Shown: piece by piece, positions 7,545-16,105 of the stretch
How the letters are laid out: each line of letters opens with the position of its first letter
Numbering within the stretch: the stretch's first letter is position 1
IMG/VR virus record: IMGVR_UViG_3300032294_001542
Location: 1 to 35,762 of that record
Source: a virus
Taxonomy: Duplodnaviria > Caudoviricetes
Strand: one strand, 5' to 3'
Length of the DNA stretch: 35,762 nucleotides
The notes under the pieces: generated by a model
Database searches by the model: none
What the model was told of the DNA's origin: nothing
Seen by the model: only the letters and a program-made list of their open reading frames with translations
Translations under genes and position numbers: made by a program

Positions 7545-7571
7545 GTGCGTTGCTCCGTTGGTTGATGCCCC

Positions 7572-7628
7572 CTTATACGGGCCAGAGACCCATCTGTCAA
7601 CCGCAGAGTTGCATTACAAATGTGTAAG
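7572..7628 (-). promoter_or_regulatory. Early promoter cassette C
   Basis: CTTACACATTTGTAAT box, 12 nt, TTGACA-17nt-TATAAG with GGGTC-TCT-GGCCC spacer. Confidence 0.8.
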
Positions 7629-7733
7629 GTTTGCGGGCTGGGCGTATCAACCGTGGGGTTGCCAACATTGCAACACGGGTATGCATGTTGCATCGTGTTG
7701 TAGTGCTGCGGCAGGCGCTGAAACGCCAGCAAA

Positions 7734-7784
7734 TGCAACACGGTGTGGGGGACACCCCCTTTAGGGGGTGCCCCACGTGTTGCA
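7734..7784. repeat. Nested inverted repeat within a GTTGC/GCAAC-rich non-coding segment (candidate origin or packaging site)
   Basis: TGCAACAC..GTGGGG..CACCCCCT-TT-AGGGGGTG-CCCCAC-GTGTTGCA. Confidence 0.8.
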
Positions 7785-7958
7785 CTGGCGTTGCGAGCCG
7801 GGGTGATGTTGCGTTGTGTTGGATGATGCTGCGATGCGCGGGTTGGTGATATTCGTGACGGATGGCGCGGGGCGCCGGGTTGCAACTCGGGAGTTGCTGG
7901 GTTGCGCGTCGGGCCAGAGGGCTCTACGTGAGTGTGGTCAATCGAGACGGAGCACGCA

Positions 7959-8219
7959 ATGACGAAGTCGAGAAATCTGGAGGGGTTCAGTGAACCGCGC
8001 CACGCCGAGATGGTGCGGAGGCAGAACGCGGAGCGAGGCTCGCGCGATCTGCTGGCGGCCATCGCGCGGCTGGCGTTCAAGGAGGGCGTCGCCCTGCGCG
8101 GCATGACGCCGGAGGAGCAGCTGGCTGCGGCCAAGGCTGACGGGTGGCAGGGGCGCGTCATCGGCGCGTCGCGCTGGGCTGGTGGTGCTGTGCGCGGTGT
8201 GGTAAGGTTGCCGTCATGA
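7959..8219 (+). CDS. Hypothetical protein upstream of terS
   Basis: RBS GGAGCACGCA-ATG; ATGA overlap with terS. Confidence 0.6.
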   Translation: MTKSRNLEGFSEPRHAEMVRRQNAERGSRDLLAAIARLAFKEGVALRGMTPEEQLAAAKADGWQGRVIGASRWAGGAVRGVVRLPS

Positions 8220-8671
8220 GCTATCCGAGCAAAAAGACGCCCGAGGTGGTCGACGAGATCCTGCGCCGCCTGTCCGATGGCGAGCCGCTGGCTGCGATCT
8301 GCCGCAGTGACGAGCGCTTTCCGCACCCGGTGGTGTGGGGTCGGTGGGTAGACGCAGACGAAGAGCTGGCCATCGCGTATGCGCGTGCGCGCGACGTCGG
8401 AGCGCATGCCATCGCCGAGCAGGCGCTGGCTCTGGCCGACGGCGTAGCGGTGCACGGCGAGTCGATCCAGAAGGCCAAGCTGCAGATCGAGACGCGCCTC
8501 AAGCTGCTCGCCAAGTGGAACCCCAAGCTCTACGGCGACACGACCAAGATGGCGCTGACCGGCGCGGACGGCGGCGCGATCAAGACGGAGGCCGTGGGCG
8601 CCACGCCCGACGCCATGCGCGAGCTGACCGAGGCGCTGCTGAAGCAGGCGGCCGACAAGGCGAAGGGCTGA
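8216..8671 (+). CDS. terS: Terminase small subunit (Sf6-like)
   Basis: EILRRLSDGEPLAAIC, YARAR, AKLQIETRLKLLAKWNPKLYGD, LTGADGG motifs; lies upstream of terL. Confidence 0.9.
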   Translation: MSYPSKKTPEVVDEILRRLSDGEPLAAICRSDERFPHPVVWGRWVDADEELAIAYARARDVGAHAIAEQALALADGVAVHGESIQKAKLQIETRLKLLAKWNPKLYGDTTKMALTGADGGAIKTEAVGATPDAMRELTEALLKQAADKAKG

Positions 8672-8673
8672 AC

Positions 8674-8760
8674 ATTACGCATTTGCAATGTTGACAGCAC
8701 GGGCCGGTGGCCCTATAGCTGGTGTCACCAACCGAGGGGCGCTGCCCCGCCAAACAGGAG
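8674..8760 (+). promoter_or_regulatory. Early-type promoter cassette D between terS and terL
   Basis: ATTACGCATTTGCAAT, TTGACA(8691)-17nt-TATAGC(8714) with GGGCC-GGT-GGCCC, GGGGCGCTGCCCC hairpin, AGGAG. Confidence 0.8.
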
Positions 8761-8872
8761 ACGACAGATGGCTGCTTCACCACAGTTCAAAGTGTTCAAT
8801 CCGCGCCGCCCCCGCAGCCCGGCCCAGCGCCGGGGGCCTTATGGTGTGTACACGAACCAAGGAGCACACGAC

Positions 8873-9085
8873 ATGGACATATGGGACATCTTCGAGCAGG
8901 AAGAGGCCAAGCGCCTCGAGGAAGAGCGCGCGGCCATTGCCGCAGAACTTGCCGCTTTCCGGGCGCTGCCGCAGGCCGAGCAGGATCGCATCAGCGCCGA
9001 GCGTCAAGCCAAGTTAGACGCGCTGTTCGGCGCAGCCGACCCTGACGAGGACGACGAGGAAGAGGACGACGACGGCGAGGACTGA
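8873..9085 (+). CDS. Small, highly acidic protein (alternative in-frame start at 8768)
   Basis: RBS AAGGAG; MDIWDIFEQEE...DEDDEEEDDDGED. Confidence 0.7.
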   Translation: MDIWDIFEQEEAKRLEEERAAIAAELAAFRALPQAEQDRISAERQAKLDALFGAADPDEDDEEEDDDGED

Positions 9086-9105
9086 CGCCCGGCGCCATGG
9101 GTCAC

Positions 9106-9134
9106 TTGCCGAACCGGCGCTCCAGCCCTATCCT
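9106..9134 (+). promoter_or_regulatory. Putative promoter for a near-leaderless terL transcript
   Basis: TTGCCG-17nt-TATCCT, 8 nt before the GTG start. Confidence 0.45.
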
Positions 9135-9142
9135 AGGGGCCA

Positions 9143-10603
9143 GTGAGCACAGCCGCCATCCTCCCGACGCTGAACGCGCAGCAGCAGGCGTTTGCCCTGT
9201 GGCAGCACCAGTGGGCCAACACGGCGCGCCCGAACCAGATCCCTGAGCTCGTGTCGCCCTCCGGCTTCGTCGAGATGGGCTACTTGGCCGGTCGCGGCTT
9301 CGGCAAGACCAGAGTCGGCGCCGAGTGGCTGGGCCGCGCCGTCTACCTCGACCCGGACGGCTACGACAGCGCGGTCATCGCCCCGACCTATCAGGACGTC
9401 AAGTTCACGTGCTTCGAAGGCGAGTCCGGCCTGCTCAGCGTCATCCCGCCCGAGCTGATCAAGGCGTACAACAAGAGCGACCTCGTCATCGAGATGTACA
9501 ACGCCACCGGTGGCGTCTCGTCGATCCGTGGCTTCACGGCCGAGAAGCCCGAGCGCTTGCGCGGCCCGCAGCATACCCGCATCTGGTGCGACGAGCTGGC
9601 TGCGTGGATGTACGACGACGTGTGGGACATGGCGATGATGGGCCTGCGCCTCGGGCCCAAGCCGCAGGTCCTGTGGACGACGACGCCCAAGCCCAAGGAG
9701 CTGGTCCGCAAGCTCGTGGCCAAGAAGCCCGGGCGCGTGATCGTCACCGGCGCGACGTACGACAACCGCGCCAACCTGCCCGACAGCTTCTTCGACCAGC
9801 TGGCGCAGTACGAGGGCACAACGCTCGGCCGGCAGGAGCTGTACGGCGAGCTGATCGACCCGGAAGAGAGCGGCATCGTCAAGCGCAGCCACTTCCGCCT
9901 GTGGCCGCACGACCGGCCGCTGCCGCGCTTCGACCTCGTCGTCATGTCGCTCGACACGGCGTTCACCGAGAAGACCATGGACAAGCGCAGCGGCGACCCG
10001 GATCCGACGGCCTGCACCGTCTGGGGCGTGTTCCACCACGAGAAGCGCAACAACGTCATGCTGCTCGACTGCTGGGACGAGCACCTCGGCCTGCCCGACC
10101 TGATCCGCAAGGTTCGCAAGGAGCTCAACGTCGCGTACGGCGACGACGACGACACGGCCGTGATCAAGCCGCTGTTCGGCAGCAGCAAGCCGATCACGTC
10201 CGGCCGCAAGCCCGACATCCTGCTGATCGAGGACAAGGGTAGCGGCATCAGCCTGCGCCAGATGCTCGAGCGCGAGGGCATCGAGGCCTACGCCTACAAC
10301 CCGGGGCGCGCCGACAAGCTGACACGCCTGCACATCGTCAGCCCGATCTTCGCGCGCCGCATGGTGTGGCTGCCTGAGAGCGCCAAGTACCCCGGCCAGC
10401 CGCGCAACTGGGTCGACCCGCTGCTGCACCAGCTGTGCTCGTACACCGGCCCGGGAAGCATCAAGCACGACGACTATGTGGACAGCGTTTCCCAAGCCTT
10501 GCGCCTGATGATGGACAAGCGCCTGCTGGATGCGGTACAAGTGCGCAAAGATGAACTGACTGGGCCCCCGCCCAAGCCAGTCGCCAACCCCTACGCGGCC
10601 TAG
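9143..10603 (+). CDS. terL: Terminase large subunit
   Basis: Walker A AGRGFGKT, LRGPQ, Walker B IWCDELAAW, TTTP coupling motif, nuclease motifs SLDTA, IEDKGSG, HDDYVD. Confidence 0.97.
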   Translation: MSTAAILPTLNAQQQAFALWQHQWANTARPNQIPELVSPSGFVEMGYLAGRGFGKTRVGAEWLGRAVYLDPDGYDSAVIAPTYQDVKFTCFEGESGLLSVIPPELIKAYNKSDLVIEMYNATGGVSSIRGFTAEKPERLRGPQHTRIWCDELAAWMYDDVWDMAMMGLRLGPKPQVLWTTTPKPKELVRKLVAKKPGRVIVTGATYDNRANLPDSFFDQLAQYEGTTLGRQELYGELIDPEESGIVKRSHFRLWPHDRPLPRFDLVVMSLDTAFTEKTMDKRSGDPDPTACTVWGVFHHEKRNNVMLLDCWDEHLGLPDLIRKVRKELNVAYGDDDDTAVIKPLFGSSKPITSGRKPDILLIEDKGSGISLRQMLEREGIEAYAYNPGRADKLTRLHIVSPIFARRMVWLPESAKYPGQPRNWVDPLLHQLCSYTGPGSIKHDDYVDSVSQALRLMMDKRLLDAVQVRKDELTGPPPKPVANPYAA

Positions 10604-10614
10604 AAGGAAGCGCG

Positions 10615-13143
10615 ATGGACGAAGACGAGCTGCCCGAGACCGAGGCCGAAACGGTCGAACTCGAGGACGACGAGCCCGACGTTGTCGACACCGAAGACGG
10701 CGGGGCGATGGTGCGTCTCGATGACGACGAGGACGAGCTCGCCCCGCGCAGCGAGGACTTCTACGCCAACCTCGCCGAGACCATGCCCGACAGCGATCTG
10801 GCCCATCTGGCGCAGCGCTACGTCGACCTGATCGGCAAGGACAAGGAAGCGCGCAAGAAGCGCGACGAGCAGTACGAGGAGGGCCTGCGCCGCACCGGTC
10901 TGGGCGACGACGCGCCCGGCGGCGCGCAGTTCCAAGGCGCGACCAAGGTCGTGCACCCGATGCTGACCGAGGCGTGCGTGGACTTCGCCGCGCGTGCCAT
11001 CAAGGAGCTCTGCCCGCCGACCGGCCCGGTCAAGGACTTCATCCCGGGCCAGCCCGACGGCGACAAGGTCAAGAAGGCCAAGCGCAAGACGGCGTTCATG
11101 AACTGGCAGCTGACCGTGCAGGCGACGGAGTTCCGCGCCGAACTGGAGCAGCTCCTGACGCAGGTGCCGCTGGGCGGCGCGCAGTACCTGAAGGTGACGT
11201 GGAACGAGGCGCGCAACCGCCCCGAGTTCATGTTCGTCGCCATCGACGACATGTACCTGCCGTTCGCCGCGACGAACTTCTACACCGCGCAGCGCAAGAC
11301 GCACGTGCAGTACCTGACGGCCGTGGACTTCGACCGGCGCGTCAAGAGCGGCATGTACCGCGACGTCGACCTCGGCCCGGCTGGGCAGGAGCCGGACGTC
11401 AGCGTGGCCGAGAAGGCCAACAACAAGATCGAGGGGCGCACTGAGACGTCCTACAACGAGGACGGCCTGCGCACCGTCTACGAGATCTACGCCATCGATG
11501 ACATCGAGGGCAACGGCATGCTGCCGTACATCGTCAGCATCGACAAGCCGAGCGGCAAGGTGCTGAGCATCTACCGCAACTGGGACGAGCTGGACGAGGC
11601 GCAGGAAGAGCTGCAGTGGTTCGTCGAGTTCCCGTTCGTGCCGTGGCGCGGCGCATACCCGATTGGCCTGCCGCACATGGTCGGCGGCCTGAGCGCGGCC
11701 GCGACGGGCGCCCTGCGGGCGCTTCTCGACAGCGCGCACATCAGCAACAGCCAGACGATGCTGAAGCTCAAGGGCGGCAGCAAGGGCGGCCAGAGCCTCG
11801 AGATCCAGCCGACGCAGGTCATGGAGATCGAGGGCGGTCTGGCGGCGGACGACATCCGCAAGCTGGTCATGCCGCTGCCGTACAACCAGCCGTCGCCGGT
11901 GCTGTTCCAGCTGCTGGGCTTCTTGGTCGACGCCGGCCGCAGCGTCATCCGCACGACGTTCGACGACGTCGCCGACGGCAACCCCAACGCGCCTGTCGGC
12001 ACCACGCTGGCCAAGCTCGAGCAGGGCATGGTGGTGTTCAGCGCCATCCACGCCCGCCTGCACAACTCGATGCAGAAGATGCTGGGCATCCTGCACCGCC
12101 TCAACGCCATGTACCTCGACGACGAGGAGGTCGAGGCCGAGATCGGCGAAGAGCTGGCGACGCGCGAGGACTTCGACGGCCCGCTCGACGTGGTGCCCGT
12201 CAGCGACCCGAACATCTTCAGCGAGGCGCAGCGCTTCGCACAGGTGCAGGCGGTGGCGCAGCGCTCGGCGCAGCTCCCACAGCTGTACAACTTGCGCAAG
12301 GTCGAGGAGCGCATCCTCGACACGCTCAAGATCCCCAACGCCAAGGACCTGCTCAACCCGGCGCTCGAGCCCAAGGAGCAGAACGCCGTCAACGAGAACG
12401 TCGCGGCGACCATGGGCCGCCCGATTGTGGCCTTCCCCGAGCAGGACCACATCGCGCACCTCAAGACGCACCTCGCCTACCTGATGTCGCCGGCGCTGGG
12501 CATGAACCCGCTCATCGCCCCGACGTACATTCCGGCGATCCTGAACCACATCAAAGAGCACATCGCGATGTGGTATGCCTCGAGCGTGTTCGAGCTCGGC
12601 AACGAGGCGGCTGGCACGGACATCGGCAAGCTGCTCAAGGAGCTGAAGGACGCCGACGGCAAGCGCGCCTTCGACGGCATGCTGGCCGAGGCCTCGCAGA
12701 CCGTGGCGCAGACGGCCGGCAACGTGTTCGCGGCGCTGCCGCCCGTCATCCAGCAGGCGCAGGCCGTCATGCAGCAGTTCGCGCCCCAGCCGCCCGTCGA
12801 CCCGAGCGTGCAGCTCGCGCAGGCCCAGCTGCAGGCGCAGGCCCAGCGCGACGCGCAGCGCGCCCAGATCGACGCGCAGCGCCTCCAGCTCACCGCCGCG
12901 CAGACGCAGCAGAAGGCGCAGCTCGACACCGCCAAGCTGCAGCTCGACGCGCAGCAGGAGCAGGCGCGTCTGGCCGCCGACCAGCAGGCTGAGCAGCAGG
13001 AGACACAGCGCAAGATGGCTGAGATGCAGGTGCGTCAGGCGATGAACACGCAGGACAACCTGACCGCCATGGAACTGGCGCAACTCGAGGTCGAGACGGG
13101 TGAGCGCTTCGGCGTCAGCACCGGCACCGGCATCAACCCGTAA
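10615..13143 (+). CDS. Portal protein (P22-like, long Gln-rich C-terminal coiled coil)
   Basis: Follows terL; size; HPMLTEA, APVGTTLA, FSAIHARLH and PVSDPN motifs typical of podovirus portals. Confidence 0.9.
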   Translation: MDEDELPETEAETVELEDDEPDVVDTEDGGAMVRLDDDEDELAPRSEDFYANLAETMPDSDLAHLAQRYVDLIGKDKEARKKRDEQYEEGLRRTGLGDDAPGGAQFQGATKVVHPMLTEACVDFAARAIKELCPPTGPVKDFIPGQPDGDKVKKAKRKTAFMNWQLTVQATEFRAELEQLLTQVPLGGAQYLKVTWNEARNRPEFMFVAIDDMYLPFAATNFYTAQRKTHVQYLTAVDFDRRVKSGMYRDVDLGPAGQEPDVSVAEKANNKIEGRTETSYNEDGLRTVYEIYAIDDIEGNGMLPYIVSIDKPSGKVLSIYRNWDELDEAQEELQWFVEFPFVPWRGAYPIGLPHMVGGLSAAATGALRALLDSAHISNSQTMLKLKGGSKGGQSLEIQPTQVMEIEGGLAADDIRKLVMPLPYNQPSPVLFQLLGFLVDAGRSVIRTTFDDVADGNPNAPVGTTLAKLEQGMVVFSAIHARLHNSMQKMLGILHRLNAMYLDDEEVEAEIGEELATREDFDGPLDVVPVSDPNIFSEAQRFAQVQAVAQRSAQLPQLYNLRKVEERILDTLKIPNAKDLLNPALEPKEQNAVNENVAATMGRPIVAFPEQDHIAHLKTHLAYLMSPALGMNPLIAPTYIPAILNHIKEHIAMWYASSVFELGNEAAGTDIGKLLKELKDADGKRAFDGMLAEASQTVAQTAGNVFAALPPVIQQAQAVMQQFAPQPPVDPSVQLAQAQLQAQAQRDAQRAQIDAQRLQLTAAQTQQKAQLDTAKLQLDAQQEQARLAADQQAEQQETQRKMAEMQVRQAMNTQDNLTAMELAQLEVETGERFGVSTGTGINP

Positions 13144-13157
13144 CGAGGAGACGACCC

Positions 13158-13298
13158 ATGGCTAAAGACACCAAAGGCAAAGAGATGGGCAAGGGCCCGA
13201 TCAACATGCACAAGGCCCTGAAGATGGGCCACGCAGTTGAGACGGGCGCCGGCAAGGGCGCGATGGGCGGCAAGAACCCGCCTAAAACGCGTCCGTGA
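13158..13298 (+). CDS. 46-aa Lys/Gly/Met-rich peptide (MAKDTKGKEMGKG...), not in ORF track
   Basis: RBS GAGGAG; GTGA overlap with next gene. Confidence 0.7.
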   Translation: MAKDTKGKEMGKGPINMHKALKMGHAVETGAGKGAMGGKNPPKTRP

Positions 13299-13489
13299 GA
13301 CTTGAGGCTTTCCTGCAGCGTCTGGAGCAATCGCAGGCCGATCTGGCACGCGATGCGCTGCAGCAGCCCCAAGCCCGCGACACATTCGAATATGGGCGTG
13401 TCGTCGGGATATACGCGGGCCTTGAGCTCGCCAAGACTGTGTTGATCGACATGGTGGCGGAGAAAGAGCGCAAGGACTTCGATCTGTAA
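13295..13489 (+). CDS. Conserved small hypothetical protein between portal and GroES
   Basis: EYGRVVGIYAGL motif; coupled start. Confidence 0.75.
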   Translation: MRLEAFLQRLEQSQADLARDALQQPQARDTFEYGRVVGIYAGLELAKTVLIDMVAEKERKDFDL

Positions 13490-13514
13490 CCCCTAGTCAA
13501 GCGGAGGAGCACCC

Positions 13515-13943
13515 GTGCAAGACTACATTCTGAACAAAGTAGAGTTTGCGTACGAAAACCTCGACGAAGCCTTTCCGGCCGTCGATCCGGGCGTGGAGCC
13601 TTTCGGCAGCCGCGTCCTGTGTCAGATCCGTCTGGCCAAAAAGAAGACCAAGGGCGGCATCATCCTGACCGGCGATACCAAAGACACCGAGCTTTGGAAC
13701 ACGCAGGTCGCCAAGGTGATTGCCGTTGGCTCGCTCGCCTTCAAGAACCGCAACACCCAAGAGGCTTGGCCCGAGGGTTCGTGGTGCTCTGCTGGCGATT
13801 TCGTCCGCGTCCCCAAGTACGGTGGCGACAAGTGGACGGTTCGACTCGACGAGGACCGCGAAGTCATCTTCGTCATATTCAACGATCTGGATCTGATCGG
13901 GCGCGTCACGGGCGATCCGCTCGCGATGAAGGCCTTCGTCTGA
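13515..13943 (+). CDS. groES: GroES-like co-chaperonin
   Basis: PFGSRVL, KTKGGIIL, VIAVG, GDFV..PKYGG, DLIG pattern of Cpn10. Confidence 0.9.
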   Translation: MQDYILNKVEFAYENLDEAFPAVDPGVEPFGSRVLCQIRLAKKKTKGGIILTGDTKDTELWNTQVAKVIAVGSLAFKNRNTQEAWPEGSWCSAGDFVRVPKYGGDKWTVRLDEDREVIFVIFNDLDLIGRVTGDPLAMKAFV

Positions 13944-13968
13944 TCCATAAGGCTGAAAGGAGCCGGTC

Positions 13969-14916
13969 ATGGCTGATATCAACGAAGACAAAGACGACGA
14001 TCTGGTAATCGTCGAGACTGACGGCGATACGGAAGAGCAGCAGCAACCCGAGGCGCAGGCCGCCGAGGAGGCTGACGACGAGGACGAAGGCGACGAGGAG
14101 CGCATGGGCGTCTCGGAGGACGACTCCGAGGACGAGATCGTCTCCAAGGGCGGCAAGACCCGCGAGAACCGCGTCAAGCGCCGCCAGCTGCAGAAGGCCG
14201 CCAAGGAGCGCGCCCAGCGCGAGCTGGAGTTCCTGCGCCAGCAGAACGCCGAACTGGCGCGCCGCGTCGCTGCCATCGAGGGCAACAGCCTGACGCAGAA
14301 CGCCGCTGTCGTCGAGCAGCACATGCGGCAGGCGCTGAGCGAGGCGCAGCAGGCCGAGGCGATCATCGCCAAGGCAGTCGAGGCCGGCAACGGCGAGGAC
14401 GTGGCAGTCGCCATGCGTCTGCGCGACGAGGCGAAGCAGCGCGCTGCGCAACTCGCTGACTACAAGCAGCGCGTCGATGCCGCCGCCGCTCAGGCGCAGC
14501 AGCCCCGCGTCGATCCGCGCGTGACGAACTACGCGCAGCAGTGGCTCGAGGCCAACCCGTGGTATGACCCGCAGGCCCGTGACGAAGAGAGCGCCATCAC
14601 CAAGGCCATCGACAACGCCATGGCGCGCGAGGGCTGGAACCCGGCCAGCGAGGAGTACTGGCACGAGCTGACGCGGCGCGTCGCCGGCCGCATCAACGGC
14701 GGTGCCCCGGCCGACGCCGGTGAGCGCAGCCCGCGCCGCAAGGCCCCGCCCACGGGAAATACGCGCGAGCACGCCCCGGCAAGCACGAAGAACGAAGTGT
14801 ACGTGACACCGGAGCGAAAACAGGCTATGATCGACGCCGGCGTTTGGGATGACCCTATGGCTCGCAAGCGCTACTTGAAGGCGTATCAGGAATACGACCG
14901 CAATTCGGCTCGCTAA
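13969..14916 (+). CDS. Probable capsid scaffolding protein
   Basis: Acidic N-terminus, long coiled coil, W...NPWY motif; position before capsid genes. Confidence 0.7.
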   Translation: MADINEDKDDDLVIVETDGDTEEQQQPEAQAAEEADDEDEGDEERMGVSEDDSEDEIVSKGGKTRENRVKRRQLQKAAKERAQRELEFLRQQNAELARRVAAIEGNSLTQNAAVVEQHMRQALSEAQQAEAIIAKAVEAGNGEDVAVAMRLRDEAKQRAAQLADYKQRVDAAAAQAQQPRVDPRVTNYAQQWLEANPWYDPQARDEESAITKAIDNAMAREGWNPASEEYWHELTRRVAGRINGGAPADAGERSPRRKAPPTGNTREHAPASTKNEVYVTPERKQAMIDAGVWDDPMARKRYLKAYQEYDRNSAR

Positions 14917-14930
14917 ACAGGAGAGAGCTA

Positions 14931-15473
14931 ATGTCTGAAGAACGTATGGATGATCGCCTCAAGAAGGAACTGGGTGTTAGCCGTCAGCCCCGGGCTGCGC
15001 AGGACCGTCACGCAACGGAAAACCGCGCAATTTCCGATGATGAGCGGCTCGAGATGTTCCGCATGCAACTTTACAACGACGCACTTCCTAGCATCCCAGA
15101 TATCCCCGGATATCACATTTGCTGGCTGACGACGACGAACAAGGGTGACACGGTCCAACAGCGCATCCGTCTCGGTTACGAGCTCATTCGTGCCGAAGAC
15201 GTGCCCGGTATGGAACTGGTGACCCAGAAGACCGGCGAATACGCCGGTTGCGTCGCCGTCAACGAGATGGTCGCGGCTAAGCTGCCCTTGTCCTTGTATT
15301 ACAAGTACATGCAGGAAGCTCACCACGACGCCCCGCTCCGCGAGGAGGACAAGCTCGCCGAAACCGCTGAACTGATGCGGGAACAGGCCGAGCGTTCGGG
15401 TGGCCGGCTGTATGAGGGCGACGGTATGTCGGAAATGCGTCAGAACACCCCTCTCCGTGGCAGCTTTGCCTAA
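14931..15473 (+). CDS. Conserved hypothetical head-module protein
   Basis: RBS AGGAG; PDIPGYHICWL...LGYE motif. Confidence 0.75.
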   Translation: MSEERMDDRLKKELGVSRQPRAAQDRHATENRAISDDERLEMFRMQLYNDALPSIPDIPGYHICWLTTTNKGDTVQQRIRLGYELIRAEDVPGMELVTQKTGEYAGCVAVNEMVAAKLPLSLYYKYMQEAHHDAPLREEDKLAETAELMREQAERSGGRLYEGDGMSEMRQNTPLRGSFA

Positions 15474-15512
15474 GAGAGGGTCAACGCAACCCTTTCATGA
15501 GGAACTAGGCTC

Positions 15513-16088
15513 ATGTCCATGACGGTTAATGCACCGTTCGGTCTGCGCCCCGCGTACTCGCCGAGCGGTGTGATTCGTCCCACCGCCTTCACTTGCGCGT
15601 CGGGCTACAACCAGAACATCTTCCAGAACCAGCCGGTTCGTATCGCCCCCACCACCGGTGGCGGCGAAACCGAAGGCACCATTGTGGCCTCGGCCGTGGG
15701 CGCTCCGTTCATCGGTGCGTTTCAGGGCGTCGAGTTCACCGACAGCGACGGTCGCCGCCGCGTGTCGAACAAGTGGACTGCCTCGCAGGTCGGCACCGAT
15801 GTCGTGGCTTACGTCACGCTCGACCCGACCATTGTCTACGAAGTGCAGAGCAACGCCGCTCTGACCGTCGCGGACATCGGCAAGCAGTATGATCTGACTG
15901 CCATCACCGGCAACACCACGACCGGCCTGAGCACTCAGGCTCTGGATGTGGCTTCGGCCGCCGCCAACGCTTCGGTTCGTCTGATCGGCATCACCGCCGG
16001 CCCGGACAACAACTGGGGCGACACGTACGTCATCGCGCAGGTTCAGGTCAGCGAACACCAGTTCGTTGCTGACAAAGCTGCCATCTAA
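15513..16088 (+). CDS. Probable capsid decoration/cement protein
   Basis: NAPFGLRP start; beta-rich; directly before MCP. Confidence 0.65.
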   Translation: MSMTVNAPFGLRPAYSPSGVIRPTAFTCASGYNQNIFQNQPVRIAPTTGGGETEGTIVASAVGAPFIGAFQGVEFTDSDGRRRVSNKWTASQVGTDVVAYVTLDPTIVYEVQSNAALTVADIGKQYDLTAITGNTTTGLSTQALDVASAAANASVRLIGITAGPDNNWGDTYVIAQVQVSEHQFVADKAAI

Positions 16089-16105
16089 TTAGGAGGGCTT
16101 GAACT

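Noticed and set aside
7541-8455. 304-aa minus-strand ORF across the divergence region
   Set aside because: Antisense to terS, runs through promoter and palindromes, and has no protein-like features
9128-13083. Long antisense ORFs (9128..10540, 10600..13083; similarly 24472..26379 and 31665..33896)
   Set aside because: Shadow ORFs of high-GC3 genes on the opposite strand; no recognisable motifs
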